The position numbers were made by a program, and so were the translations under genes. A DNA stretch of 64,000 bases, from the NCBI GenBank assembly GCA_002633005.1, contig NMRA01000246.1, positions 363,856 through 427,855 on the forward strand, read 5' to 3'. The notes beneath the pieces were generated by a model. The model ran no database searches. It was not told where the DNA came from and worked only from the letters and a program-made list of their open reading frames with translations. Below, piece by piece: positions 1-12,991 of the stretch. Every line of letters begins with the position of its first letter. The first letter of the stretch is position 1. This DNA comes from Phoronis australis (Eukaryota > Animalia > Phoronida).

Positions 1-560
1 ATTGACTGAGTGGCTTGAACTAGGTTTCGTTGAAAGTTGGACGGAGTAGAAACGGTCAACGTCGAAGTCAACGACCTTTAATATGCTCTTTTTATGCAAT
101 GTAGCTAAACATGGGCGCACCCAGCCTAAAATATAGGGGGCTCGAAGTTTTGAGAATGTGTAACAACTTGATACATTTTCGGAAAGGCCTAGCAACGTAA
201 AATGTACCGATGACGTAAAAAGTAACAATTGTTACATTTTACGAAATTATTACATTTTACAGTATCAGTGCTCTACAGCTGTCGTTATTACGCACTCATT
301 TCCACGGTGTCTCCGGGGATGTGAACAACAAACGTGTAAACATGTTCTCTAATTTCTTAACAGTTACCGGTACTCAATGTACCGCCAATTTGTACTACAA
401 TGCATTCTGGGTATATAAAAAGAACGCTGTATAAACAACTTTACATGAAACAATGGTAAACGTTGTAATTACAGAGATGAATATCCTAGGCCTTTATTCG
501 ATACCATGAAGGCCAAGGATCCATGCCAAGACTGTAATAGATAGTGTTAGACGCAATTAC

Positions 561-750
561 CCCAAATCGTCCTCTATGTCAAACTGAACGAGGACTATCT
601 TCACCCGCTGCCCAGCTGGAGCGTTGATCGACCACTCACAGTCCAGGTTCGCGCCGTATTTAGTTTTTCCGTCGAACGAGGTATGGGATGTTATTTTACC
701 CGGAGCAGTGTTGATGACGCCAGCACTACCGCATCCTGATTTCCCGTAAT
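561..750 (-). CDS. Exon encoding N-terminal half of a CUB domain; gene continues beyond the left edge of the window
   Basis: DYGKSGCGSAGVINTAPGKITSHTSFDGKTKYGANLDCEWSINAPAGQRVKIVLVQFDIEDDLG fits CUB consensus (CG...G.I.S...Y..N..C.W.I.AP.G..V...F..F.IE). AG acceptor at 752-751, GTAA donor at 560-557. Confidence 0.85.
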
Positions 751-2924
751 CTAGAAAATAAGAATTTACTTTCAAGTAATGGGATGCGGTTAAACGGTCA
801 ATTATCGCTCTCGTGTACAACGGAATTTCGGAACCGTATTTTTATAACGCCAGTGGTGTTGAACAAAACCTAAGCTTCTGCCGACTCTAGCTTCCTCAGA
901 GACCTTTCAGAAGTTATTCTGATTCACCCTCGCTCTTGCATTGGGACGCAACGAAGCAGCTGTTATTCCCAGCTGATGATAAAACTCTCGGAAGACAGGC
1001 TTGCCAGGATAATTTGTTCAATAGCACTTGCATTTGTTGTTTGTTAACATGCACAGATGGAGTGTTTGTCTATAAATTTTAGCAGACTTGCAGTGACATA
1101 CTCTTGACTTTTACCCTCTAACTAAAACGGTGGCTTCGTCAGTTTTGTAAGACAACCGGAAGCCCCAATATTGTCTGTGTTGGTGGCGTCAAGCGGATGA
1201 AACTACACTAAGGTTATTCAGCCATGTCTCAGAGATAAATATTTTACACCCAGTTATGATCTGACAGTTGTCGTACTTCCTAAAAAACAGCTTTGGAACC
1301 AATTCAGTACCTGCCAGCGATCCAGACAAAGCGGCGAGAAACAAAATTAACAAATATTCCATCGTCACTAGAGCAGGCCAACTAAATAGAGATAAGTCTC
1401 AGTCATGATAATATAGCCCTGCAGATGGGAGCCGACACGTGCAGTCACACCTTGAAGTTTGATTACACAGTCGGAAGGGACAGAGTTAAGCTTAAGATAA
1501 CTTCGAATGTACATGTAAAGCACTTCCGTAACGTAAATATGCCACTGAAAGTGGGAACATGGGTTGATAAACTCCTAAATGTAACTTTATTTTTAAACTT
1601 TGCTGTGTTCTATTGATAATCATTTTTATTCATGTAATAAAATATGGTCCCGAACGGAATCATGTGCTCTTAAATTAAACTACTTAGCCCTACTTCAATC
1701 TAATGGCTATTAGGAATCAAATTCGAAGTTATTGTAATGTAGCATTTGATAGGCTCCATAATGTAACCTGGATGTTGTGTAATAAACAAACCAAATAACA
1801 TTTTTGTGTGAAGATTAAGACGTGAAAAGAAGAAAAAATATCCACCCGGTATTACTGTAACAGATTCTCAATCCCAGCTCAGTATAGTACAGAAGATTCA
1901 AAAGAACATTCACCATTGATGATTTGCCTATGTTAGCATTCTTAGTATTTCTGAAGCCAATCTTGCCCATGTGTGCACCCATCTTGTACTTCATATCACA
2001 GTTTAGCCCATTCCACATTTTTGCACAATATACTTGCCGTTTTGCAATCGGCTAATAGCCATTTGATCTCGTGTAAACATCTGGTACTTACTAGCAACCA
2101 ATGTATCTGGACCTGACGTACATACATGGTACCTTACTGGTGGCCTATATCTCGTAGTATCCCGTAGTCACGTTATTCGTTCCACAACTTACGTCAATTC
2201 AATAACCCCAAAAAGCCCAGATGTTCAAATTGTTCTTAAAAGTTGTTTGAATATCAATCAATAGGTGGTAGGAAAAGCATTACAAGAAGATTTGCACCCA
2301 ACGACCTCATTTTTACACTGTTGCAATTTTGCAGCAGTGGGTTGGAGCTAATAGTAGCAAATGTGTTATGTTTATCTAGACACTTTTTCGCGAAAATCAT
2401 TATCATTTTTCCACAAATAAAACACTTTTTATATTACAATGATTCCAATTATCAGCATAAACTCTTCCAGCATCTGCTCAATTGCAGATACCAAGTTTGC
2501 TGTACTAGTCAAGTATTTAGTTTAGTACAGATGAAAGTTCACTCTTCTCACATACAAATCCAGATTTTACGCCAAGATAATGTGTTCAAAGATCTTTTTG
2601 ATATCCTCTATGGGCCAGTGACTCCCACTACTGCACCTAAACATCCCACAATTTACTAAATGAGATACAGACGGAAACAGTTTTTTGTGAAGTGAATCAC
2701 AAGTGATGTTCAAATTTCTCGCACGCAATTCTAGTAATATGCCGTCAACATAGTACTTGCAACGTCCTCTTTTAAGAAACTATTCGCGAGTGACCAATAC
2801 CATCGCATCTAACGTCACACAGAAAGACTGCGTTTCTTTTCTCCTTTGCCGGTTTAGCTTTTGGCGACTTAACCTCGCTCAACGATAGCTAGCATCGCTT
2901 GGCAGCTTTGCACATGATGAGTGA

Positions 2925-3155
2925 CATGCGGGAACCCAGGGGGGAGAGCTCGAATAAGCCCCTCATTTGGCGTAACGGGCAAATAGGTCAGCCCCCTGAG
3001 GGAGAAAAAGTCCGAGAAAATGGGACGACTGTCCACTAAATAAGCACAAACGCGCAATTCACAGTGTTGCTCCCGTCTATTTTTTAGCCCTCCCGCTCTT
3101 TTGTCTTTTGTTAGCAAAAGGTTCACGAGCACCCCATATTGAAGCATGAGTGACG
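2925..3155 (+). mobile_element. Degenerate MITE copy (CATGCGCGCACCCAG-terminus family)
   Basis: Aligns by eye with 53269-53529 and with 31343-31443 plus 33360-33502 (ACCCAGGGG...CATTTGGCG...TCCGAGAAAA...GCACAAAC.CGCAATTC...CCCCATATT). Confidence 0.7.
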
Positions 3156-3185
3156 TCGTAATCTGAGTCTGGGAAGTTCTCAGCC

Positions 3186-3593
3186 TTATGAGTTCACCTT
3201 CGAACTTTTGAAGAACACGAAATCCCTTTTGATACAACAGCCAATCATTGAGAACAAAAGTGTACCAAACACGCCTTCTAGATAGATGCCGTACTTGTAC
3301 TTTGCTGACAGGTCATCCAACAGGTCGACACCACCCATAAAATTATTGTACTGGCTGACACAAAATGGCCTTTGAACTTGGACATGGGACTTAGAGCTCT
3401 TGTCCCATCTTCTAACATTTGGACTAACGCCAACAAAAGATGAAATGACAGGTACTGGCTTGTTGTCGTTCCAGTGCACGACGCTGATGCTTTCGTCGAT
3501 CTCGACCTTTTCTTCAAATGAATTTCTTCCTTGAATTTTGCATTTCCTTTTCATTTTGATCATTGGCGCCCAGGACTTGAGTGATAAAAGCAA
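3186..3593 (-). mobile_element. piggyBac-family (PGBD / DDE_Tnp_1_7) transposase fragment
   Basis: VVHWNDNKPVPVISS...VRRWDK...VQRPFCVSQYNNFMGGVDLLD carries the W.DNK.V and Y(N)..MGGVD..D motifs of piggyBac transposases. Fragmentary; no termini seen. Confidence 0.85.
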
Positions 3594-3597
3594 GATT

Positions 3598-4100
3598 CAA
3601 CTAACTAAAAAAATCGTACTCTTTGTGTCACAGATAGGATATCCTGATTCTTGGTGGGTGGTCTTTCCATAAACTTGTCGATTGACTCGCCTAAAGCGTG
3701 GACCACACTTGCCCGTTTACATCGTAAGGCATTTTCTAATAGTGCTTGAAACATTATTAGCCTAAAATCGTACTACCCCTAAATTCTCACAGAATCGGTT
3801 TTATAAACCTCTTGTAACCTATGGCCCACGGCCCACTGCCCAGATATTTATTTTCTCAAAAGAAAAGACAGTTTGTGGATTTTACGTTTGCGCCATGTCT
3901 GTACAGAGGTTGTCGCTGACGCACAATATACGTCTCATTTGAGCGATAAAAGTAGGAGTCAACTAAAAACTCACCTTTGTTCACCACAGAAAGGATATTA
4001 TGGTCCCTGGTGGGTAGTCTTTCCCTACAGTTGCCGTGTAATTCGCTTAGGGCGTAAGTCACGCTTGCCCGTTTAGCAAACTTTCTAAGGAATTTTCAAA
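3598..4100. repeat. Two diverged ~140-bp direct repeats (~3598-3745 and ~3960-4100)
   Basis: Both read CAACTAA...CTTTGT...CACAGA.AGGATAT...TGGTGGGT.GTCTTTCC...CAC.CTTGCCCGTTTA. Confidence 0.6.
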
Positions 4101-4283
4101 CTTTGCTAGAAATATTTGAGGGTTGTGCAAGGTTGCAGAACATTTTTTTCAGAGGACTAGATATTATTTTTAATGTCTGTTAACACGCCAACACCGGGTC
4201 TGGTGTCCCTTATAATGAATCTTTTTGTGTAGTACCAAAAAGTTCCTGGTCATTTGGCGTGTGTGAAGTTGTAATTTTCTTAC

Positions 4284-4429
4284 CTGACAACAATTGTGAT
4301 CACCAGCGGAATATCCTGCGCAGAACACCGACTTGAGCAGTTCTCCATTATGCCAGGTTCGAGAGTTGCAGGTGTACAAGGCTATAATTGGTAAGGCAGT
4401 CTTTTTCAGCTTCCCTCGGCAACACGTTC
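4284..4429 (-). CDS. Trypsin-like protease exon (146 nt), paralog of 29529-29674
   Basis: [53 protein letters not shown] boundaries; same length and phase as the plus-strand paralog exon. Confidence 0.85.
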
Positions 4430-4739
4430 CTGAAAGAATAAGAAGTGATGCATACTTCTCCAATCAAATTTGTTTAAAAATATGTTATAAAGCCATTTTT
4501 CGTCGTTTGATTTAGACCACATGCCCTTACAAAAGTGTTATCGACATTCTAATCAGTGGCGGATCTACGGGGGGGGGGTTCAGGGGNNNNNNNNNNNNNN
4601 NNNNNNNNNNNNNNNNNNNNNNNNNNNNNNNTCAGCAGTCTAGACAACAGAAGGATAGGACTAACGTATGAGTAACCACTGGGGATTGAAATTTTAGAGA
4701 GAAGTTTTCAATTCAAAATTTTTTGCATAGTACACTTTA

Positions 4740-5010
4740 GGTTTCGCGACGGACCAGGCCAGCTTGATTTGTGTAGATGTTGAGTTTCAGTGTACTTCTG
4801 GTCCCTCGGCGAACTAGTCTTGTGATTTTTTTACCAATGTGTGCTTTGTAAAACTATTTATCTCAGCCAGTACTGTTTGGTCCTGCGACAGATCGACTAT
4901 TTTTACAGGGATAATAAGCACAGGTGTACTCTTGGTCTCGTGACGGACCAGGTCAGATTTTTGTGTACTCTCAGTGTACATCTGGTCCCTCTGCAAACTA
5001 GTCCAGTGTA
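4740..5010. repeat. Diverged direct repeat with internal GGACCAG/CTGGTCC dyad
   Basis: GACGGACCAGG...CAGTGTAC.TCTGGTCCCTC...AACTAGTC occurs at ~4748-4819 and ~4942-5004. Confidence 0.55.
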
Positions 5011-5808
5011 TCTTTTCACCACTGTGCACAGGATGTTTTGGTTTCGTGAAACTGTTTTCAGATACATGTAATTTGTTTCCTGATAGAGTTGACGTTTTTC
5101 AATTGTTGTCAACGTGATTCAGCTTAATAAAGTGATACCTAATTATTTATTGTCGCTTTTAATAATAGACTATGAGTTGAGAGCACCATCGTTCGCGAGT
5201 TTTTCTCGCAATGAGACTAACAGTACAGGTCTTCGTTCTTAAACAACTTGAGGCTGCTGTTACGCGATCATTTGTTGAAGGTGAAGAGTTCGCTTTTAAA
5301 CAAAAAAAACAAAAACAAACAAACTTAGAATTAGTAGTAAGGCATCTGCTTTAAACGAAAATAGTTCTGACTTGTACATATATTGCAAACTGAAAGTCTA
5401 TTTTTGCAAAACACGATGCCTACAGTGCTGATGGAAATGTTAAACACTCGTTAAAGCTCCTATAAACCCCACATACTTCAAAGAAACTAATTTTTGGACA
5501 ACATGTCATCTGCTCCAAGTTTGTTCCATAAGTCAATGGGAATTGACTTCTGGACTTGGAGTTTGAAAGAGTTGACACTTCACTGTTGCCCAATATCATG
5601 TTGGGTAAATAAAATGATTTGCCGAGACCTACCAACTAAAAGATCAGTGTTTCCCAAACAGAATAGAGTAGTTTTTTCTTCCATAACCAAGAAAACCCCT
5701 TCAGTTGAGTAAGGAACAAGTTGAGTAAAGTTTTATTCCAGTCTTCCACATCAACAGGAACGCGATTTGTTTCAGCCGATACATTTGACGTATATGACGA
5801 GAACTTAC

Positions 5809-5916
5809 GGCAAACTTCATCGCTTCCATCCTCACAGTCACTGAATCCATCACAGTGTTTACTTGTTAACACGTAAATTCCATCGCCGCAGGTGAATTCA
5901 TTAGGGCTGCACGTGG
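5809..5916 (-). CDS. LDLa exon (108 nt, phase 1-1) with the third Cys mutated to Tyr
   Basis: ATCSPNEFTCGDGIYVLTSKHCDGFSDCEDGSDEVC versus plus-strand paralog [36 protein letters not shown]; same exon length. Confidence 0.85.
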
Positions 5917-7031
5917 CTGACAAAAGAAACACTAATCATCGTTCGATTCAATTTCAAGTGATTAACCGAACACACTTAACAATCATACCAAGAAACAATT
6001 GCATGCAAATTAAACCAACGAAACAGAAAAGAAGTATTGTATTAGTAAGCCAAATGAATTTAACACTCCGCCGTAAATAATGCGTGTGACCAAGTCGTTT
6101 TGGTGAAGTTTAGCAACAACATGACGAGAATTCAGTTGTTATCATGAAAAAAATGTCGAAGACGCTGTTAAAAATTACTAATTTCAGTTTCATTTTATAA
6201 CTTCTTTTTGATTTTTTCATAGAAATCATATGAGTCCTCTTTTTGATAGCCCCTAATGCAAAAGCGGGGTATTTTAAAAAAGTTGCCTAACAATGTAATG
6301 GGTAACAGTTTATCAAGTAATTAAATATATTTCTAAGTTTTAGATGGATCCGACAAGTCATTTCTAATAAATGATATTCCAAATCTGGCCATGTTTGTCT
6401 ATAATTTGTCTGGTTTCCTACATAACCTCAAATAACAAATTGGGCTCAACTTCTTTCATACGATGAGAAGTGATTTAGTGTCATGTAAAGAACAGGCAGT
6501 TCATTGTTCCTCGATTGAAAACAGTCTTATCAATTAAAATCATGAAATAGTGTTATACATGTATGAGTGTTATTGAATCCAAAGTTTTTGGAAATTAGGG
6601 TGTCAGTGAAAATTGTTAAAATATCCATTTTTGCAGACTGCCTGGAAAAGCCACAGTGTCGAAAATGAATTTTGAAGCAAATACCATTGACTAAGTGAAT
6701 CGTTTCCATTCCTAGCCAACACTAACTTTCATGAGTGGAATGCATTCAAACATTTTTACTTCAACATGTTCTAATACTGAGCTATGTTAAAAATGATGAT
6801 GCAAATCACAACAGAACTGATGGGACAAAAGACTTTTAAAAAAGTGATAATTTTACGTAAATCTCAAGGGTGAATGCATGCGCTACATTTTGAACAGTAT
6901 TTTTGATTTTGCATCTGCGATACACCTTTTGACTTTTACCTTGACATAGAATGACATTTAATTCTTGAGTTTGTTGATCAACAAAAACTGTTTGACTGAA
7001 TACAAACAGAAAAAAGTGGAAATCGACGAAC

Positions 7032-7166
7032 CACTAGTATCGTTTATTGCTGTCCACGTGATATTGAAGCCTGCTTCTCCAACCGATTCCTCACTGGTGA
7101 ATACCACAGTGACCTGATTGCCCTTCGAGATGATAGTCCCTGGGTTAATGGACTGGCAATACTTTC
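7032..7166 (-). CDS. Exon encoding C-terminal part of a CUB domain
   Basis: GKYCQSINPGTIISKGNQVTVVFTSEESVGEAGFNITWTAINDTS fits the CUB C-terminal consensus (G.yCG....p..i.S.gn...v.F.SD......GF...w). Phase 1 joins the LDLa exon at 5916. Confidence 0.8.
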
Positions 7167-8139
7167 CTGAAACACATAACCAATACAAAACATTCATAAC
7201 GGCAAAACAAGCTTGAAAAGATCCTGTAAAGTTACGCAAGTGTCTGCTGCTGAAACGATTGGTCGGCGAGACTGAAATCCGAACGATAAGGACATCGGTT
7301 TCGTTGCAGCAATCAGGTTAAGTAACATGTACAATGCGGATTAACGTGACGATATTTGTATATTGTATACACCTCCATCCTGAAGCATACGAAGGAAATA
7401 CAAACGGCATTCGTGTCATACAACATGTTTGTGACAGGAAGTCCTGTAGAGCTGGGATTGGTGATTTCAGGTTCCCAAATGCAAAGCAAATTTTAGCCAT
7501 CTAACTGACTTGGATCTCAACAGCTATTGCATTGCTCACCAACTTGGTTAGCTGGCTGACCTTGCTATCCTTCATAAATCGTCAATTTGTCATAACAGCA
7601 CTCTCTGGAGTCTCCTTCAATAATAAATAATGGGTCGAACGTCATCTTAACAACCTACAAAGAAAAAAAACTGGCATTATTTCATTATACCAATCAAGTA
7701 CATTTTGGAAGGGCTCTTCCGTGTCATCATCTCAGGTCTCTTCCTTTAGTAGGCGTAGGCCATGCATTAGTGCATGTTAGCGCGACAAATGGCAATTCTG
7801 CACTAAACAGGCGAGAAACAGTGGAAATTTCATTTCCGTACCGAAGCATGATTAGTTAGGACGTGTCGACATTACGTATGATCACGGAGGAAGCAGTAAG
7901 TGCATACCCTATTTCCGCTCTATAGGACAAAGTGATTTGATCTTATGTTGAAATATGCCACTTCTCACGTTTATAGAAGCCACCCACTTCGTATTGTGTG
8001 AGGTGTTACATCTTATTGTCCTAATGTCAACTTTGAAATATGCTTACAGTGTGAGATTTTAATGGCCAGTTACCACATATCTGAAACATTTCCATGTACG
8101 ACTAATGTCTTTTGTTCGGGTACTATTGAAGAGAGGTGG

Positions 8140-8232
8140 AGGTAAGAGATTGCACAACGTTACAATACACGCAGTGCAGGCCATGTGAATTCTCTAAAAC
8201 TGTATCCGTCATTAAAAGTTGAACCTTTTCAG
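8140..8232 (-). pseudogene. Possible degenerate middle exon of the CUB domain
   Basis: KVQLLMTDTVLENSHGLHCVY resembles the CUB V.L.F.DF.LE....C.YD stretch and lies where the missing middle exon is expected. Splice sites unclear. Confidence 0.35.
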
Positions 8233-9932
8233 TTTTTGAATCATGAAACCGATTCCTTAAATTTAACATAAAACAAATAAACTCCTGAGCTGCAACTACA
8301 GGTCCTTCGTTCAGCAGTACAGTCTTCTTTCTTTGGGTTTCTTGAGCCATTATGATACACTGCGTGAGAACAGGAAAGTCACGCAAACAAGTACGGCGAG
8401 ACCTTGTTTGCTGCTCATTCAAAACAGGCTTCTCAAATTCAATCAAAAGGGACTCCAATACTTTCAATCTCAGCACATTGTGCTCTACGTACCGAATTGA
8501 CGTGTTTCTATAAATGCTTGAAGGGTGATTTTAAGTTCGTGACATTGCAGAAAATGTTCTTGGATGGCGCCATTTTGAAAATGCATAGATAACCAACAAG
8601 GAAGACTGCAAACCGTTTGGTATTTTTCAAGAACGATAAATGTCGTATGCATTCAGGAAAAAAACGTCACAGACAAGAGTTTAATCCTGTTAATCGAAAT
8701 AAAACCCAAAAATTATGTTTGAAATCTTCCTGTCTACTTTCTTTACGAGCTTGAGATTTGGGGTAAACATTTTAGACCCCGAGCCGTTAAATTTAGGGTA
8801 ATTTTCATCGTTTGGGTGTAGCATAATAATTATAATGATGCAAGTCATAATATATTAACCTGATGCATGATTGTTTATATGTTGCTGTTTGCACGCGAAT
8901 GATTTAATCACGCGCTTGCTAAATCCTTAGGTAGCTTCTTCGTTTACTCTTTTAGACAATCAGACTCGGAGAACAGCGCCTTCGTAGCTGCGACACCCGC
9001 ACATGCACCGATATATTACATGTAGCTTGCTAATAACATTCACCATGGTTGTGAAAACACAATGTATCATATCAGATGGCGACAGACGTCTAGCTCAGGA
9101 ACAGCTAAGTCGAACTTTAGCGACATGGACACCCAAAACTTAGACAATTTGCCAGCTGTTTCAACTTTGGCACCGTAATAAAATATAATTGTGCCACCAC
9201 TAAGACTCGTATCTTCTGAATGGCTAGAACACATAACGATGACTTTATCAAGTGCTGTCGCCCGGATAGTCATGTACACTTACCATTCAAGCCGTCAGAT
9301 GTCGCTCTCAGTGATCTGAACATACGCACTGCGCACACTACTGTACACTTGATAGTCGAAACAAAGCTATGAATCAAGGTTTGAAATCTTACCTATGTAG
9401 GGTTCACTATTCGAGGATTCAATACTTAGCCCCGCTTTCTAAAAGTGTGACATCTCGTTCAAGCATAAATTTTCGAACAGAACATTTTTATATGAAAACT
9501 CAGGTTTCAGCAATTGACAATCATTTCCATTTACGTTATACCAGTAGTAGAGCTTAAAGTTTATTTGAAATTACAGGGATAATAGCGTTGCAAAACATGC
9601 TACGTTTTTATTTGATGCATCGAGTCTGACGAAGCTGGTGATGTCTTATTACGCGGTCTTATATTCATAAGTATTCTGCCTATTGTTACATGCACATGCA
9701 TGTTGAAAGTAATCAAACTGGAAAATAAAACTGGGGTTCTAAAATTTGATCTGTATCTATGTGGCTATAGAAAGTTCTAACTTTAACACGTACTTAAAAT
9801 ACCTGGTGAAAGATGAAAGAATTAGCATAATAAACATGGGATAAGGATTAGTTAAGTTGAAGGCAAATGGCCCTCGGTTGCAGTTATACATGCATGTTAT
9901 TACTATTAAAAGCTAGGTCCGGGACAGCTTAC

Positions 9933-10094
9933 CAATACATTCTGAACAGTAATTGTCCAATTGCACTTCAAATTCGGTGAATAATTGTTTGGATAGTTCT
10001 TGCTCTGAAATGTTCCAGAAGGCCCTCGTTGATCACCGTTGTCGCCACACCCTGACCGTACATAATTGGGGGGGTAAAGTCGTGGAAGGCGAAG
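9933..10094 (-). CDS. Exon encoding linker plus N-terminal third of a CUB domain
   Basis: ...NYVRSGCGDNGDQRGPSGTFQSKNYPNNYSPNLKCNWTITVQNVL; ttttacag acceptor, GTAAG donor. Confidence 0.85.
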
Positions 10095-10301
10095 CTGTAA
10101 AATGTTATTATCTTTGTTATGGAAAATTATAGAGTTTAATTTTGAGCCGTCTCGACAATGCTCGTCTGTGTGTGAAACTAAAAATCGCCATATATTCTGA
10201 GCAATAATTACATATCGGTTGACAACTGTTTTTTGATTTTCGTATTCACCAAAGCTATTCACTTTGAACTTGTCGGCAATTTTTGAAGAACGATGTCTTA
10301 C

Positions 10302-10438
10302 GCTTTGCAGTAATTTGGTCCCGCAACTCGTCTCGTCAGCACCAACAGGGCAGTCATAATCATCATCACACACCCATGTACCAGGAATGCAGGAAGCATC
10401 TCCACACTGGAAATGGTTGTCAGCACACCTCTGAGTGG
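10302..10438 (-). CDS. LDLa exon
   Basis: [39 protein letters not shown]: 6 Cys plus DC..G.DE motif; tag acceptor, GTAAG donor. Confidence 0.85.
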
Positions 10439-10862
10439 CTATTGCACAAACGAATTAATAACGCATATCACTCTTTAGACAACACAATCTAGACTACATG
10501 CAGCGGCTGGATGCAGCGGCAGAAAACTGTGAATAGAGAAATTTAATGTGATTTACCACGCCTGACATGCTGCTTCGACTATGTACAACGCAATGTATAG
10601 TGCAACGTTTTTAGCTAACGATTGAGGATTAGGAAATATAACAGAAAATTGTACGTGTACGTTAAAACCGATACGAAGGTTAACTAATGCCATAAATTTT
10701 ACTTTTTGAGCTTAATATGAAACACATATTTGGGTGCGCGACGTTTATAGGTATTCAATATTATTTAAGTTTGCTTTATTTGGTTATCCAGGCGGAGCAC
10801 GTACTGTAGTATAAAAATTCGTTGAACTTGACCATCGTTTCCGAAGCACAATGTAGTCTTAC

Positions 10863-10997
10863 GCTTTTCAGTGGCCTCGGAACTCACTTCGTCAGAACCA
10901 TCAGTGCAGTACTCCCCATAATCACACATCCATGTTTTAGGAATGCAGGAGGCATCCCCACATTGGAACTGGCTGTCAGCACAAACACGCGTTGTTA
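10863..10997 (-). pseudogene. Duplicated LDLa pseudo-exon
   Basis: [40 protein letters not shown]: sixth Cys lost; the expected acceptor reads tacAA instead of tacAG. Confidence 0.7.
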
Positions 10998-11065
10998 TTG
11001 TATAGATGAATTAGAAACGCATGCCAATTAATGCAATGTAAACTGGACAATAAATCACTATTAAC

Positions 11066-11161
11066 ACCACCACCAACATCATTCTCATCTTCCTCATCCT
11101 CCTCCTCAAAATCATCGTCATCATCATCGTCCTCGTGGTGGTGGTGGTGGTGGTGGTGGTG

Positions 11162-11192
<31 letters not shown>

Positions 11193-11195
11193 TTA
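11066..11195. repeat. Compound trinucleotide microsatellite (TCA/TCC/TGG/TCG)
   Basis: Seen directly; explains the poly-D/H/W/T ORFs. Confidence 0.95.
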
Positions 11196-12338
11196 TATGA
11201 ACTCAATTATACTGCAAGCAGTATTTTCGTAGCAATACGTCTACTCACAATGTTAGAACAAAGTATGACTTTCAGTTTCCTTCATACCTCATCAAAAATT
11301 CGTATCTCATCTCAAAGCCAGTGTAGTGATCAAGATCGTCAGTAACGAAGTTGAGTTATAAGTTTCTTCCGTTGGACAAAACGACTGTATTGGAGATGTT
11401 CGCGCAAAAAAACGTCAAGTATCGGTGACTTGGGGCTCGTTTCTGTTTAAATGAACGATGATATGGAGATCATCGCCGAAGATGGGTTCGTTAAAGAAGC
11501 TGTTTGCTTGGTTGGCGCGGGTTTGGTTGTTTTATTGTTTTGCAGACGATAAAATGTAAGGCGTATGGACACCTACTTTGCACTACTTTGTGATTCGTCC
11601 ATGAAATATCAAAAAATACGGAGCATGCAGATTAGAGTCGTAGAAAACGGATTTGGCAGATCCTGTGTCATCCACTGCGGTGTGAAGTTGGCATTCTGTT
11701 ACGTTACACGATGTTACATACATGTATATCAGCATTGCAATATCAACATCTGTCAAGCCTTAAATGATCCCCTGAAGTTAAGGATAATGGATTCCCAAGG
11801 GCTCAAACTAGGGATAATGGAAACATCTCGATCACTAACGGCAGACTATCGAGTCTCCTTTGTAAATGAGAATACGTGCACTTTTGGTTTGCGTATAGAT
11901 AATGTGTGTGTTTGTAGTTTGCACATACATACATGTACGCTTTCTTCTTTTGTTATATTTTGATGACTTAATGAATAATAATTGCTATTAAAATAGCAAA
12001 TATTATTCATTACCCGAATCGTAGCTCTGGTTCAGGGTTTGATAACCATGTCGTTGCTAGTGAAATTTCTATTACTGCGGATGTCTCTCACTTTCCTGCA
12101 ACAGGCCATACCAAAAAGCAGCCCTTTCTACGCTGCACAGCATTTTTTTGGGGACAAATAAAACAACAAGAATAATAAATATTTTAAGTTGTATTGGGAA
12201 TTGCAGGGTCACAGCTCTACAAATAAATATTTCACAGAAGGAACCAGATGGGTTCCTTAATTACAAGAGATAACGCACACATTTCCGATGCCCAAAGTGT
12301 AATTGAGTATCGGATACTAAGTGGCACAGGTTAGCATA

Positions 12339-12486
12339 GTACCAAATGGGTACATAATACCAAATGGGTATTGGCCGATTGCCTACCAACTGGGTAGAGC
12401 AAAGCGGCAAATTCAATAACAAGTACCAAGTGGGTACAAACTGCTAAATGGGCAAATATCATATAAAGTACCAAGTGGGTACACCA
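12339..12486. repeat. Short degenerate tandem repeat, core TACCAA(A/G)TGGGTA
   Basis: At least 4-5 copies, e.g. at 12340, 12358, 12424 and 12469. Confidence 0.75.
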
Positions 12487-12991
12487 AACAGCCAACTGGG
12501 CTATAACAACCTGCAAAGTAGGTTCCGGACAAGCTGAGTGAGCAGACCAGCCGGAGTGATAAAAAGAGATTTTCTAGTGACTAATTTTGTTTTCTGAAAT
12601 CTTCTAGGTAAAAAACTCGGTTTAAAGCGTGTAAAGAGATTTTTGCACCAGTATCGCAAATATTTGACAGTTTGCGTTCACACTCGATCTGTGGTAGAAC
12701 GGTTTGTATTTAATACATATTATCACTTTCCTATTTAAGGGCTAAATGCCCATCATTAATTCATTGTGGCAGTTTATCACTGACAATAGGTTTGAAAAGT
12801 GCCCAAGATTATCACAAACGATTAAAAATTAAGTTTAAAGCTATACCACGCCTCTTCAACTTTTAGAACACTTTACCAATTAAGGTTATGTTGGACCCTG
12901 AAGAGAAAAAAGAACGCCAGTGCAGCATGGGAATTCGCCAACCAAGCCCAATGACTAATGCCAAGACTGAGCGCGCAATGAGAGATTTTAC

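Noticed and set aside
1815-2660. P-loop-like NIGKSSMVNVLL (ORF 1815-2018) and a LAPT-like word in a stop-ridden minus frame
   Set aside because: The first Gly of GxxxxGKS is absent, motif order does not fit a helicase, and there are many stops. At most an unidentifiable relic.
10976-11345. Poly-D/H/T/W/S ORFs
   Set aside because: Translation artefacts of a trinucleotide microsatellite.
12339-12486. Repeat-spacer-like pattern (TACCAAATGGGTA) considered as a CRISPR array
   Set aside because: Repeats are ~13 nt, irregularly spaced, the spacers are related to each other, the context is eukaryotic and there are no cas genes.
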